From an uncultured Flavobacteriaceae bacterium (GTDB lineage: Bacteria > Bacteroidota > Bacteroidia > Flavobacteriales > Flavobacteriaceae), in contig CAYVJG010000012.1 of NCBI GenBank assembly GCA_964451785.1, positions 5,620 to 69,619 on the forward strand: a stretch of DNA of 64,000 nucleotides. The letters are read 5' to 3'. Made by a program: the position numbers and the translations under genes. Shown here in pieces: positions 26,986 to 36,548 of this stretch. The notes under the pieces were generated by a model that was given only the letters and a program-made list of their open reading frames with translations, was not told where the DNA came from and did not search any database. The first letter of the stretch is position 1, and each line of letters begins with the position of its first letter.

Positions 26986-27483
26986 ATGAAGAAAATCATG
27001 TTATGCCTTTTGGTATGTGTCGCTCTGTGGAGCTGTGAAGGGGAAACTGGACCTGTAGGCCCTCCGGGACCTGCAATTGTCGGTCAAACGTTTGAGTTTG
27101 ATGGCATTAATTTTCAATATGAACCCGATGTTAATTTGTGGTCTGCATTAATCGATGTCCCAACAGATATTGAAGTGTTAGAATCAGATGCTATTTTGGT
27201 TTATCGTATAGAAGACGGAGGAAATGGTCCGCTTTATAGCCTTATTCCACAAAACTTTTTTACCCCTAATGGCACTATTTCTTATGTGTATAACCACACG
27301 CCTGTAGATGTAGAACTATTGATTGATGGTAATTTTAATATGGCTAATCTCGATCCTGTTTTTACAGATAATCAAGCCTTCCGTTTTGTAGTTGTGCCAT
27401 CTGATTTTGCTAAAACGTACAAAGACCAAATCCAAAGTTTTGACGATTTGCAAGCTTTAGATATTCAATTGCAACAATTTTAA
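26986..27483 (+). CDS. Hypothetical lipoprotein
   Basis: 165 aa with leader CVALWSC and a short collagen-like run GPVGPPGPA. Confidence 0.55.
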   Translation: MKKIMLCLLVCVALWSCEGETGPVGPPGPAIVGQTFEFDGINFQYEPDVNLWSALIDVPTDIEVLESDAILVYRIEDGGNGPLYSLIPQNFFTPNGTISYVYNHTPVDVELLIDGNFNMANLDPVFTDNQAFRFVVVPSDFAKTYKDQIQSFDDLQALDIQLQQF

Positions 27484-27550
27484 AATAGACAATTAGTTAT
27501 CTTGCTAAGTTATAATTGTAATTTGATTGACGAAATCTTCTGATTACAAG

Positions 27551-27575
27551 CTATATTTTAAAAATCATTTCCGTA
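27551..27575. repeat. Solo R4 terminus
   Basis: ctatattttaaaaatcatttccgta matches the end of the R4 copy at 42001-42025. Confidence 0.6.
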
Positions 27576-27602
27576 TAGATTGATAATTCTGTATACAAAA
27601 TC

Positions 27603-27644
27603 AAAAGAAAACGAGAAGTTAATACCGACTTCTCGTTTTCTTTT
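27603..27644. terminator. Bidirectional terminator hairpin
   Basis: Perfect 17 bp stem aaaagaaaacgagaagt..acttctcgttttctttt between convergent genes. Confidence 0.8.
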
Positions 27645-27652
27645 GATTCAGT

Positions 27653-28756
27653 TTAAGTAGTATAGAAATGCTTATCAAGCGTCTTTTTTCGACTCACTTT
27701 TCCGCTGTGGGTTTCTTCAAAACACGGAATAAAAAAGATTTCTTTTGGACGTTGATAACGCGATAAACTATTGAGTTTAGCAATGGCGTTGTGATAAGCT
27801 TGTAATTTTTCAGCGGTCGGCGTATCTTCGATGAACAGGCTTACTTTTTGTCCTAAGCTGTCATCTTTTAGTCCGTGAATAAAAAAGCGTTGCGAAATAA
27901 TAGACGCCAATATTTGTTCAACTTCTTCAGGTTGAATTTTGATGCCGCCTGAATTAATAACATTGTCAAATCGGCCTTTTAACCAAAATGAATGATCAGA
28001 ATCGAGCTGAACGATATCGTTAGTGACAATAGTTTCGGCGGTTACACGCGGCGCTTTAATGACTAAACACTCACGGTTGTCTTGTGAAATACTCACGCCG
28101 GAAAGTACCTTAAAAGGAGCGTTTTTTACTCCGGTGTGATTAATAGGACGCGCCGCAATATGCGTCAAGGTTTCAGTCATGCCATAAGTTTCGTATAACT
28201 GGGTATTGAGCTGCTGTAATTTTTCTTTTAAGGGGATAGAAACGGCGCCGCCACCGACAATAATCTTACGAGCATGCTCTAATTGAGGAAGTGATTTCTC
28301 AACCTGAAAAGGTGTTAACGCAGAAAAATCATAATCTTTATCAGTGACCGAAAACGGATTGGATTGCGGTTTAACGCTGCCGAGTTTCCAACCTAAAACC
28401 ATGGCTCTAACCAGCATCAACTTGCCGGCAATATAAGTAGCCGGCAAGCATAACAAGGCGGTAGTGCCAGCTGGTAAATCAAAGAAATCTCCCGTAGCGG
28501 CGGCGCTATTAACCATGTTTTGTTTTTTGACCAACATCGTTTTAGGCGTTCCTGTAGAGCCTGAAGTTTGTACAGAAATCCATTCGCTATTGTCTAGCCA
28601 ATCACTAAAAAACTGCCCTATATGTTGTAAGTAATCTTCATCTGAAACGCTGTATGACTGGCCTAACTCAATTAATTCTTGTCGTGTGAGTTGCTTGCCT
28701 TGCCAGCTGAATTCTGGATGGATAAATGTGTAATTAGGTATGGATAAATCGTTCAT
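27653..28756 (-). CDS. menE: O-succinylbenzoate-CoA ligase-like AMP-binding enzyme
   Basis: 367 aa with AMP-binding motifs TSGSTGTPK and YGMTET. It lies in a cluster with an o-succinylbenzoate synthase-like gene. Confidence 0.75.
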   Translation of the reverse strand: MNDLSIPNYTFIHPEFSWQGKQLTRQELIELGQSYSVSDEDYLQHIGQFFSDWLDNSEWISVQTSGSTGTPKTMLVKKQNMVNSAAATGDFFDLPAGTTALLCLPATYIAGKLMLVRAMVLGWKLGSVKPQSNPFSVTDKDYDFSALTPFQVEKSLPQLEHARKIIVGGGAVSIPLKEKLQQLNTQLYETYGMTETLTHIAARPINHTGVKNAPFKVLSGVSISQDNRECLVIKAPRVTAETIVTNDIVQLDSDHSFWLKGRFDNVINSGGIKIQPEEVEQILASIISQRFFIHGLKDDSLGQKVSLFIEDTPTAEKLQAYHNAIAKLNSLSRYQRPKEIFFIPCFEETHSGKVSRKKTLDKHFYTT

Positions 28757-28777
28757 TATAAGATAATTCTCAATTTA

Positions 28778-28937
28778 TACGAAAGTGATTTTTGAAATAG
28801 ACTAAATATTTTGTAGTAAAAATTTCAAAGGTCAAGGCAAAAAGCACAGGCATAGCCAGAGCTATGATGAGCATTTTTAACGCAGAGATTTGTAATTTTA
28901 GCAGAAAGATTCGTCTATTTTGAATGTCACTTTCGTA
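28778..28937 (-). mobile_element. R4 MITE-like element (160 bp), full copy
   Basis: Termini are tacgaaagtgattttt.. and ..tattttgaatgtcactttcgta. It is roughly nine-tenths identical to the inverted copy at 41866-42025. It fills the CPBP-menE spacer. Confidence 0.8.
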
Positions 28938-28948
28938 TTACATAAAAC

Positions 28949-29899
28949 TTAATTCTCAATGTGTAGTGGAGGGGTAACACGGCCTGTAAGTCGTGATTTC
29001 CAATTTTTCCAGTGGTAAACCTTAGTAAAAATCAGTAGTAAAATAGGATAAAATACCAAAAGCGCAAAGATAATTTCACCACCAATTTCGCTAGGGTTAG
29101 TCAAATCTCTTAAAATGGAAGGCGATTGAAAAGCCGACCAATCGGAAGTGACTAACAGCACTTGTATCAGGTTGTTTGAGGCGTGAAAGCCCATTGATAG
29201 CTCCATACCTTCATCCATTAAAGTGGTGATTCCCAGAAACAGTCCGGTGCCGACGTAATAAAACATGATTAAAGGCCCGAATTGGGATACTTCAGGATTG
29301 GAAAAATGCAACCCACCAAAGCACAAAGAGGTGATGATTAAAGGAAACCAACGATTTTTAGTCAATACGCCTAAACCTTGCATCAAGTAGCCGCGAAACA
29401 GGTATTCTTCAAAACTGGTTTGAATGGGTACTAAAACAATGCTGATGATAAAAAGGATGATAAATGGCATCCATTGAAATTGGAGTTCATAATTATCTGG
29501 ATTAGCGTTATAATCGATGAGTGTGCTGGCAATGATGTAAACGGCAATTAGCGAAAAACTGAAAAAGAAACGTTTCCAATCTATTTTTTTGCGCGAAGTA
29601 GTCAGTGACGTAAAGCTGCGTTTATGCCAATATTTAACGACGAGATAAATGCTGAGCAAGCCAACGGCAAAGGAAAGCAACATCAAAAAAGTGAACATAT
29701 TTGCCGATAATCCGGAGGCGTCGAGTAGGGCTTTTGTTGAGGTACTTGTCAAGCTGTGACCTGTATTTTTTACGGCGCCGAGTAAGACGACTATACTCAA
29801 AGGTATTTGCCCTAAAAAGAAACAAAAAAAGATAGCTAAAGTGCCGACAAAGTAACGCCACCACTCGTGTTTTCCGCGATAAGCTTGTTCTATAAACAT
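28949..29899 (-). CDS. CPBP-family intramembrane glutamic endopeptidase (CAAX protease-like)
   Basis: 316 aa and polytopic, with motifs EEYLFRGYL and FGGLHF. Confidence 0.85.
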   Translation of the reverse strand: MFIEQAYRGKHEWWRYFVGTLAIFFCFFLGQIPLSIVVLLGAVKNTGHSLTSTSTKALLDASGLSANMFTFLMLLSFAVGLLSIYLVVKYWHKRSFTSLTTSRKKIDWKRFFFSFSLIAVYIIASTLIDYNANPDNYELQFQWMPFIILFIISIVLVPIQTSFEEYLFRGYLMQGLGVLTKNRWFPLIITSLCFGGLHFSNPEVSQFGPLIMFYYVGTGLFLGITTLMDEGMELSMGFHASNNLIQVLLVTSDWSAFQSPSILRDLTNPSEIGGEIIFALLVFYPILLLIFTKVYHWKNWKSRLTGRVTPPLHIEN

Positions 29900-29903
29900 G
29901 GGT

Positions 29904-30950
29904 TTAAAATTTTAGAGCATCGAGAAGCCAAGGGCTATCAGGATGATAAGTTAGGGTTTCTCCAACAACTTCTAGTGGACTCGGAATGTTATTGGTGTAT
30001 AAACTACCGGTACCTAAGCCTTGTGGAAGGCAGATAGACTGAGTAGCGGTCCATTGCGCAATGGCATTGAGACCGATATTGCTTTCTAAAGCACTGGTAA
30101 TCCACCAACCGATTTGGCGTTCTTCAGCGAGATCAATCCACTCTTGACTACCGGAAAATCCACCGACAAGACTCGGTTTTAAAATGATGTATTGAGGTTG
30201 GATGGTGTTGAGTAATTCTGCTTTTTTTGCTTTTGAAAACACACCGATAAGCTCTTCATCTAAAGCGATGGGTAAAGGCGTTTGCGCACATAATTGACGC
30301 ATTGCTTCAGGTTGATGTTGCTTGATGGGTTGTTCAATGCTGTGCAGATTGAGTGCACTTAAACGTTGCAGTTTGTCAAGCGCTTCATCTGGTGAAAATC
30401 CACCGTTGGCGTCTACGCGCAATTCGATTTGTTCAGCAGAATAGTGTTGACGAATAAATTGCAGTAAATCCAATTCTTTATCAAAATCTATCGCTCCAAT
30501 TTTGAGTTTTATACACGAAAAGCCTTGTGCCAACTTTTCGTCTATTTGGGTTTTCATAAATTCTTTTTCGCCCATCCAAATTAATCCATTGATGGCAATA
30601 GGTGCTTTATTTTGAGTGAAACCTGTAGGGAAAAGCACAAAAGGATCAGCTTGCTGAAGCGATTGCAGAGCAGTTTCTAGTCCAAATTGAATAGACGGAA
30701 ATTCAGTTAAAGCTTTGAGTAAGTTAGCTTTGTCTTCATTGATATGTTGACATAGCCATTGAATTTTTTCTTTATAATCCGGTCGGTCATCGACACTGAG
30801 GCCTCGCAAAATACCACATTCGCCATAACCTACTTTTTCGTTTTCTTCAAGTTTGAGAAACCAAGTTTCCTTTTCAGTCAAAACGCCCCTAGAGGTTCCA
30901 CTGGGGCGCTTAAAGTGTAGTATATATTTTTGATAACTAGCTCTAATCAT
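29904..30950 (-). CDS. menC: o-Succinylbenzoate synthase / enolase-superfamily enzyme
   Basis: 348 aa enolase-superfamily barrel (IKLKIG, LRVDANGGF, IEQP, ALDEEL). Its context beside the menE-like gene supports the call. Confidence 0.75.
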   Translation of the reverse strand: MIRASYQKYILHFKRPSGTSRGVLTEKETWFLKLEENEKVGYGECGILRGLSVDDRPDYKEKIQWLCQHINEDKANLLKALTEFPSIQFGLETALQSLQQADPFVLFPTGFTQNKAPIAINGLIWMGEKEFMKTQIDEKLAQGFSCIKLKIGAIDFDKELDLLQFIRQHYSAEQIELRVDANGGFSPDEALDKLQRLSALNLHSIEQPIKQHQPEAMRQLCAQTPLPIALDEELIGVFSKAKKAELLNTIQPQYIILKPSLVGGFSGSQEWIDLAEERQIGWWITSALESNIGLNAIAQWTATQSICLPQGLGTGSLYTNNIPSPLEVVGETLTYHPDSPWLLDALKF

Positions 30951-31627
30951 ACGGTAAGCGATTCGCCAATAGGTAATAAAATGAGTTCTTTATTTTTGGC
31001 TTTAAAGCAGTCAATCGCTTTTTGATGGTCAATTTTAATGTATCCAAAGGTATCGTAATGGCAGCCTAAAATGCGGTCACATTCAATAAAATCACTGGCA
31101 ATAGCAGCTTCTTCGGCATCCATGGTAAAATTGTCGCCAATAGGCAACACGGCTAGATCGAGTTTGTAACGCATCGGAATTAGTTTCATGTCCATAGTTA
31201 ACGCGGTGTCGCCGGCAATGTATAGGGTTTTACCATCGGCTTGTAAGATAAATCCACCTGGATTTCCACCGTAAGTACCATCGGGAAAAGAGCTGCTGTG
31301 AATGGCATTGACATATTTTAAGACGCCAAAGTCAAAGCTGTATTTTCCGCCGTGGTTCATGGGATGAGCTTTAAAGCCTTTAGCCTCGTAATATCCGGCT
31401 ATTTCAGCATTGCTAATAATGGTAGCTCCTGTGTTTTTGGCAATGGTTTCTACATCTAAAACATGATCGCCATGCGCATGCGTTAATAAGATATAATCAA
31501 CTTGAAGGCTGTTAATATCGATTTGATCTTTAGCTAATGGATTGCCGCTTATAAAAGGGTCAACTAACAGGTGTTTCCCTTCAGCAGTAATCGCTAAAGT
31601 ATTTTGTCCAAAAAAATGAAGTGTCAT
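30947..31627 (-). CDS. Metallo-beta-lactamase-fold hydrolase (UPF0173-like)
   Basis: 226 aa with the HAHGDH motif. It overlaps menC by 4 nt. Confidence 0.8.
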   Translation of the reverse strand: MTLHFFGQNTLAITAEGKHLLVDPFISGNPLAKDQIDINSLQVDYILLTHAHGDHVLDVETIAKNTGATIISNAEIAGYYEAKGFKAHPMNHGGKYSFDFGVLKYVNAIHSSSFPDGTYGGNPGGFILQADGKTLYIAGDTALTMDMKLIPMRYKLDLAVLPIGDNFTMDAEEAAIASDFIECDRILGCHYDTFGYIKIDHQKAIDCFKAKNKELILLPIGESLTV

Positions 31628-31660
31628 AAGTAGCGTATTTTATGAAGAGTAAAAGTAACA

Positions 31661-31690
31661 AAAAAAAGCAGTTTTTTACAACTGCTTTTT
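31661..31690 (-). terminator. Terminator after the outer-membrane barrel gene
   Basis: aaagcagtt-ttttac-aactgcttt, with a T-run on the minus strand. Confidence 0.7.
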
Positions 31691-31745
31691 GAGGTTAAGG
31701 TAAGTTTAAGTAATGTTTAGGGGGTATGGCTTTGAATATCAATTG

Positions 31746-33407
31746 CTAGAAAGACAGAGCTAGATTCATTGTTAAGCCGGTATTTGAAGAGACATAGCGA
31801 CAAACCCCACCTACACAAAGTAAGCCGCCGCGTTGGCGACCATAGCCTAATCTGAAGCGCGCTCGTCCTTTAGAGTAACCTACACCGACATTGTAATAGT
31901 GAATTTCTTTTTCGCCACCGTAATTCCATGAATCGGCTAAATAGATAGAAATATTAGGGTTGTAGTTAAATTCTAACATGGCGCCAGCCCAGTTTTTGCG
32001 ATCTTCTTTTGTCCACAAATGTTGTACTTCAAATCGTATAGATTGACCGGGTTGGATGAGGTAAGTATTTTCAATAACAGCTACCTGGGCTTTGATGTCA
32101 CCATTGCTACCAGGGGTTCCTCCATTGGCTATACTTTCGTCAATAACTTGATTGATATAAGTAAAAACACTGTGCCAAGATTTAGACCATTGCTTTTTAA
32201 TTTCGATATTAAAATCGCGATAATAGCGCTGTCCATTGCCGATAAATTTAGTGTCGTAGGTGTTGTGTGTAAAATCAAATTCGGTGTCTAAGGCTCCCCA
32301 ATAAGAAAAATTGGCAGCAAAACGTGTTCCGTATTTTCCACCGAGGGCGGTTCCTTCTTTGGCGGTGTAATAGACATCCCATTGTGTGCCAACTTCACCT
32401 GATCGTGCTTCAAAAGGATTATTACGATCAAAGAACAAACGTGGCTGAGCGTTGTACACATAGATGTTAGCCAAGAGGTAATCTTGCTGTTTTGTCAGTG
32501 CCGGAACGTAGTTGACCAGGGCTTGATTGTATTGATTGCCTTCAAGGGTACGATCGCTATAAAAGCTGAAGTTATCCATACGGCGGAAGGTTCCATTGAT
32601 AGCAAAACCACTTTGTGCATAGCCCAAATTAACTTGTAAAGCATTACCATCAAATAAACGCGGATTGCGCATAATATTGTCGTTATATAAGGCTTTTTTG
32701 TCTAGTTGAACATATTCTACTCCGCCATAAAATTTACCTTTCGAAATATCGAGGCGAGCGGCAAAGGCATTTGAATAATTTGGTAAAGAATCAGAAGTCA
32801 CATCATTTTGGTAACGACCAACATAGCTACCACCGATTTCAACAAACCAAGAGTTGAGCTTGAGCAATTGTCCCAAATCAATATCGGCATCTAAGCCTTG
32901 CACCATCCCTTCTGATAAGCCAAATCCATAACGTTGTTTACCATAATCTGCTTTTAATGTGATAAAGCTGGTTGGTGTGAATTTGACTTTTATTCCGCGC
33001 AAGGCATTATTGATGCCGAGTTGTCTGTTTTCGTAGCTTCTAAAAATTAGTCCACTACCAAATTGGTCATAAAAATAACCAGCGGTAATATCAATAGTTT
33101 CACCGCGATAATTGACATAATAGGTAGCAATGCCATCTTCTCCGTTTAAAACAGGAGGATAGTCTAGCAGGGCTTGTGGCAGATAAGCTTCATATTGTAC
33201 GCCTGCTGTAAACTGGTCATAGCTGTAATTGAGGTTGAAGTAATTATTGGATCTGAATTTGGCATCAGGAGCAGTAAATCCGAGTTTAGAATCGTTTTGC
33301 AACCATTGAGAATTAGATTCAAAATCGCCAAAAAAATACCCGTGATCTTGAGCTTTAGCTGAAAGTGTTAAGCCTAAAGCTAAGATAAACGCAAATGTTT
33401 TTCTCAT
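31746..33407 (-). CDS. Outer-membrane beta-barrel protein (porin-like; possibly DUF6029 family)
   Basis: 553 aa with a signal peptide (LTLSAKAQ), alternating-hydrophobic strands rich in Y/G/N, and a C-terminal ..LALSF. The family name is recalled only. Confidence 0.55.
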   Translation of the reverse strand: MRKTFAFILALGLTLSAKAQDHGYFFGDFESNSQWLQNDSKLGFTAPDAKFRSNNYFNLNYSYDQFTAGVQYEAYLPQALLDYPPVLNGEDGIATYYVNYRGETIDITAGYFYDQFGSGLIFRSYENRQLGINNALRGIKVKFTPTSFITLKADYGKQRYGFGLSEGMVQGLDADIDLGQLLKLNSWFVEIGGSYVGRYQNDVTSDSLPNYSNAFAARLDISKGKFYGGVEYVQLDKKALYNDNIMRNPRLFDGNALQVNLGYAQSGFAINGTFRRMDNFSFYSDRTLEGNQYNQALVNYVPALTKQQDYLLANIYVYNAQPRLFFDRNNPFEARSGEVGTQWDVYYTAKEGTALGGKYGTRFAANFSYWGALDTEFDFTHNTYDTKFIGNGQRYYRDFNIEIKKQWSKSWHSVFTYINQVIDESIANGGTPGSNGDIKAQVAVIENTYLIQPGQSIRFEVQHLWTKEDRKNWAGAMLEFNYNPNISIYLADSWNYGGEKEIHYYNVGVGYSKGRARFRLGYGRQRGGLLCVGGVCRYVSSNTGLTMNLALSF

Positions 33408-33436
33408 TATAAATGCTTTATTGTAGAGGGGGCTGA

Positions 33437-33916
33437 TTAATTAGAAAATTCTTTGATTTTAGCATAAAGCTCTTTTTCGGCTCCCGGCGCATAGCCATTA
33501 TGGCGGTAAAGGATTTCATTGTTTTTAACCACCAAGACCATAGGGACAGCCGAAGCACCTACGGCGCGTTTGAAGCTGTGATTAGTGTCTAATAAAATGG
33601 TATAAGGCCAGGCTTTTCCTCTTACCATGGGACGGACGCGTTTTACAGTGCGTGAGTCATCAACAGAAACCGCATAAAGTTTTACGCCGGTTTCTTTTTG
33701 CCATTCAGGATATACTTCGCTGATAGCTTCTAACTCTTTAATACAAGGAACACACCAGGTGGCCCATAGTGAAATAACCACCACTTGATCCTTAGAAATT
33801 TCAGCCATTGATACAGGACGCCCATTGAGATTGTCTAAACGAACATTAGGCAAACGGTCTTGCGCTACTAATATTGAGCTTATAGAAAAGAACAAAACAG
33901 TCAATAATGTTTTCAT
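33437..33916 (-). CDS. TlpA/ResA-like periplasmic thiol-disulfide oxidoreductase
   Basis: 159 aa with a signal peptide and the WCVPC active site. Confidence 0.85.
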   Translation of the reverse strand: MKTLLTVLFFSISSILVAQDRLPNVRLDNLNGRPVSMAEISKDQVVVISLWATWCVPCIKELEAISEVYPEWQKETGVKLYAVSVDDSRTVKRVRPMVRGKAWPYTILLDTNHSFKRAVGASAVPMVLVVKNNEILYRHNGYAPGAEKELYAKIKEFSN

Positions 33917-34147
33917 AAATTTTAGTTTTACTTTTGTTCACGCAATATTAACGAATTATTATTAATTAAGTGGGTGTGAGCAGATAATTTAAAAATAAAC
34001 TTTTTGTAAAAATTGCAATTCATTGTAAAATAGAGAATTAAGTATTTTTATTATTAACAGTATATTTTTTTTGAATTACTAATTTTTTGTAATTTGTGCC
34101 CTGAATAACTGCATTGAAAATATAGTTAACTTAATTTAAACATATAC

Positions 34148-35416
34148 ATGAAGATTTTTCGCTTATTATTTTCTCTTTTTATCTTGGTTAGTTTGGTGTC
34201 TTGTACCGAAAATGACGAAGTTATAACGTTAAAAAGTTTACAATTACAATTTAATACTCAAACCACTCAAATACCTGTTCACAAAGCGGTGGAGTTTACG
34301 GTTTCAGGTAATAACTATGTAGACTATACACAAGCAATGACGCTAAAAGTTAATGGTAATCCTGTTGAGGGAAATACCTATACATTTGCTGAGCCAGGGG
34401 TTTACACGGTGCAGGCTGTAGTTGAAAATTTGAATTCAAATACTGTAAATTTTACAGTGTCTGACGGGTTAATAGTGAGTAGCAATAGTGTATTGAAAAA
34501 CCAATCTGTAGTGTTTACTTTATTTGATGTGTCAACAGCAGAGGAAATTACAAGTCAAGGGCAGTTTTACGTCAATAATAACTTGATAAATGGCAATCAA
34601 TTCAGCTCTGAACAGCCTGGTGCTTACGAGGTTTATGCTACTTATGTTGATGCTGAAGGTGAAACACAAACTAGTGATGTGAAAACATTTTTAGTAGTTG
34701 AACCTACACAACGGGTGCTGATTGAGGATTATACCGGAACCTGGTGTGGCTATTGTCCAAAATTACAAACAGCTATTGAAGATGTACAAGCGCTCACTGA
34801 TGATGTAGTGGCAGTGGCTGTGCACTCGAGTAGTAGCGATACTAATCCGGATCCATTTGCTTATGAAAATGTAGAGGCTTTACTCGATTTGTATAATCCT
34901 TATGGTGAATTCCCTATGGGGCGCTTAGATCGAACCACATATTGGCAAGATGCTGATCCTGCAATGGTGATGAGTAGAGTAGGTGGCGTAAGTTCTATAG
35001 GTATAGCTGCTACAACAACGGTTACTGGTGATCAGTTGTCAGTAGACGTAAGAGTAGCTTCAATTGATGGCCTACACAACTTAAAGATGGTTGTTATGGG
35101 CATAGAAAATAATTTGATTCACGACCAAGCTAATTACTTAAATAACGATCCAAGTAGTCAATGGTATCAAGCAGGAAATCCTATTGAAGGTTATGAAAAT
35201 GACCATGTATTACGTCATGCCATGACTAATATTTTTGGTGATCCTATAGCTGATACAGATGCGTTGACTAATTATACAAACACTTATACCATGACGATGA
35301 GTGATTATTTTGCAAACTCTGAAAATGCCGAAGTGGTTATTGCTGTACTGAATCAAGATGGTAAAGTGCTTCAGGTAAAACAGATAGGACTAAACATGAC
35401 CCTCGAATTTGAATAG
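34148..35416 (+). CDS. Omp28-related lipoprotein with N-terminal Ig-like repeats and a thioredoxin-like CxxC domain
   Basis: 422 aa with leader LVSLVSC and the EDYTGTWCGYCP motif. The family assignment is from memory of that motif. Confidence 0.6.
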   Translation: MKIFRLLFSLFILVSLVSCTENDEVITLKSLQLQFNTQTTQIPVHKAVEFTVSGNNYVDYTQAMTLKVNGNPVEGNTYTFAEPGVYTVQAVVENLNSNTVNFTVSDGLIVSSNSVLKNQSVVFTLFDVSTAEEITSQGQFYVNNNLINGNQFSSEQPGAYEVYATYVDAEGETQTSDVKTFLVVEPTQRVLIEDYTGTWCGYCPKLQTAIEDVQALTDDVVAVAVHSSSSDTNPDPFAYENVEALLDLYNPYGEFPMGRLDRTTYWQDADPAMVMSRVGGVSSIGIAATTTVTGDQLSVDVRVASIDGLHNLKMVVMGIENNLIHDQANYLNNDPSSQWYQAGNPIEGYENDHVLRHAMTNIFGDPIADTDALTNYTNTYTMTMSDYFANSENAEVVIAVLNQDGKVLQVKQIGLNMTLEFE

Positions 35417-35442
35417 GCCTACACTGATTTTTAGAGTGATGA

Positions 35443-35479
35443 GAGTCGATAAATATTGAGCCATTTATCGGCTCTTTTT
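35443..35479 (+). terminator. Rho-independent terminator
   Basis: gagtcgataaat..atttatcggctc followed by ttttt. Confidence 0.75.
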
Positions 35480-35570
35480 ACGTAGTTTTAACCCGTTATT
35501 TTTGTTAAACCGGTACTAAACATCAGGGTCTGTATAAATTAAATGCCGATATTCACAGAAAAAATAGCCT

Positions 35571-36482
35571 ATGAAATTTTTAGTCTCTGGTGCCACAGGC
35601 CTTATTGGTCAACATATATGTGCTGTATTGCGTGCACAGGGACATACGATTAATTATCTGACCACTAATCGTGACAAAATAGAACATACGCCAGAATATC
35701 AAGGTTATTTTTGGAATCCTACTACTGGTGAAATTGATGTTGATTGCCTCAAGGATGTCGATAAAATTATTCATTTAGCAGGAGCAAGTATAGCCAAGCG
35801 CTGGACTAAAAAACGCAAAAAGGAAATTATAGCAAGCCGTATTCAAAGTGCAAGACTGTTATTTGAGTTTTTAGAAAAAACAGATAATCAGGTTACTCAA
35901 TTTTTGTCAGCTAGTGCTATTGGTATTTATCCGAGTTCTTTGTCTAATTTATACGATGAATTTTCAACAGAGTGTGCTTCGGATTTTTTAGGCTTAGTCG
36001 TTAAAGAATGGGAAGCCGAAGCGGATCGTTTTAAAACGATAGGCGTCGAAGTGACTAAGGTTCGTATTGGCTTGGTTTTAGCAAATGAATCAGGTTTTTT
36101 AGCTGAAATGAAGCGCGTAGTAGGCTTGGGGTTAGGTGCGTCTTTAGGGTCTGGCAGTCAGTGGCAATCTTGGATACATATATCAGATCTCGCGCGTCTA
36201 TTTGTTTATTTAGCAGAAGAAGAATTAGCTGGATTATACAATGCTGTAGCACCAAATCCTACTAAACAAAAACGCTTATTGAAGTGTTTGGCTAAAGAGC
36301 TACACGTGTCATTTTTTTTACCACCAATCCCTAAATCAGCTTTAAAAATTGTGTTGGGAGATATGGCTAATATGGTAACTTCAAGCCAATTGGTGATGAG
36401 TAAACGTTTGCAGGGTACAGACTTTACCTTTGAGTATAAGCACGCTGAAAAGGCAATAAAAAACTTGGTAAGAACTACTTAA
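35571..36482 (+). CDS. TIGR01777/YfcH-type NAD-dependent epimerase-family protein
   Basis: 303 aa with an N-terminal GATGLIG Rossmann motif and a DUF1731-like C-terminus. Confidence 0.8.
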   Translation: MKFLVSGATGLIGQHICAVLRAQGHTINYLTTNRDKIEHTPEYQGYFWNPTTGEIDVDCLKDVDKIIHLAGASIAKRWTKKRKKEIIASRIQSARLLFEFLEKTDNQVTQFLSASAIGIYPSSLSNLYDEFSTECASDFLGLVVKEWEAEADRFKTIGVEVTKVRIGLVLANESGFLAEMKRVVGLGLGASLGSGSQWQSWIHISDLARLFVYLAEEELAGLYNAVAPNPTKQKRLLKCLAKELHVSFFLPPIPKSALKIVLGDMANMVTSSQLVMSKRLQGTDFTFEYKHAEKAIKNLVRTT

Positions 36483-36548
36483 TAGATTCGCTCTGCTATT
36501 TAGTGCAGAGAAAGGCTTATTATTCTTAGGTTAAGCGATTGAAGATGT

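Noticed and set aside
28776-28939. TA target-site duplications flanking R4 copies (which would suggest an IS630/mariner-type origin)
   Set aside because: Flanking dinucleotides are inconsistent between copies (ta/tt, ta/tt, aa/ta), so a TSD cannot be claimed from these copies.
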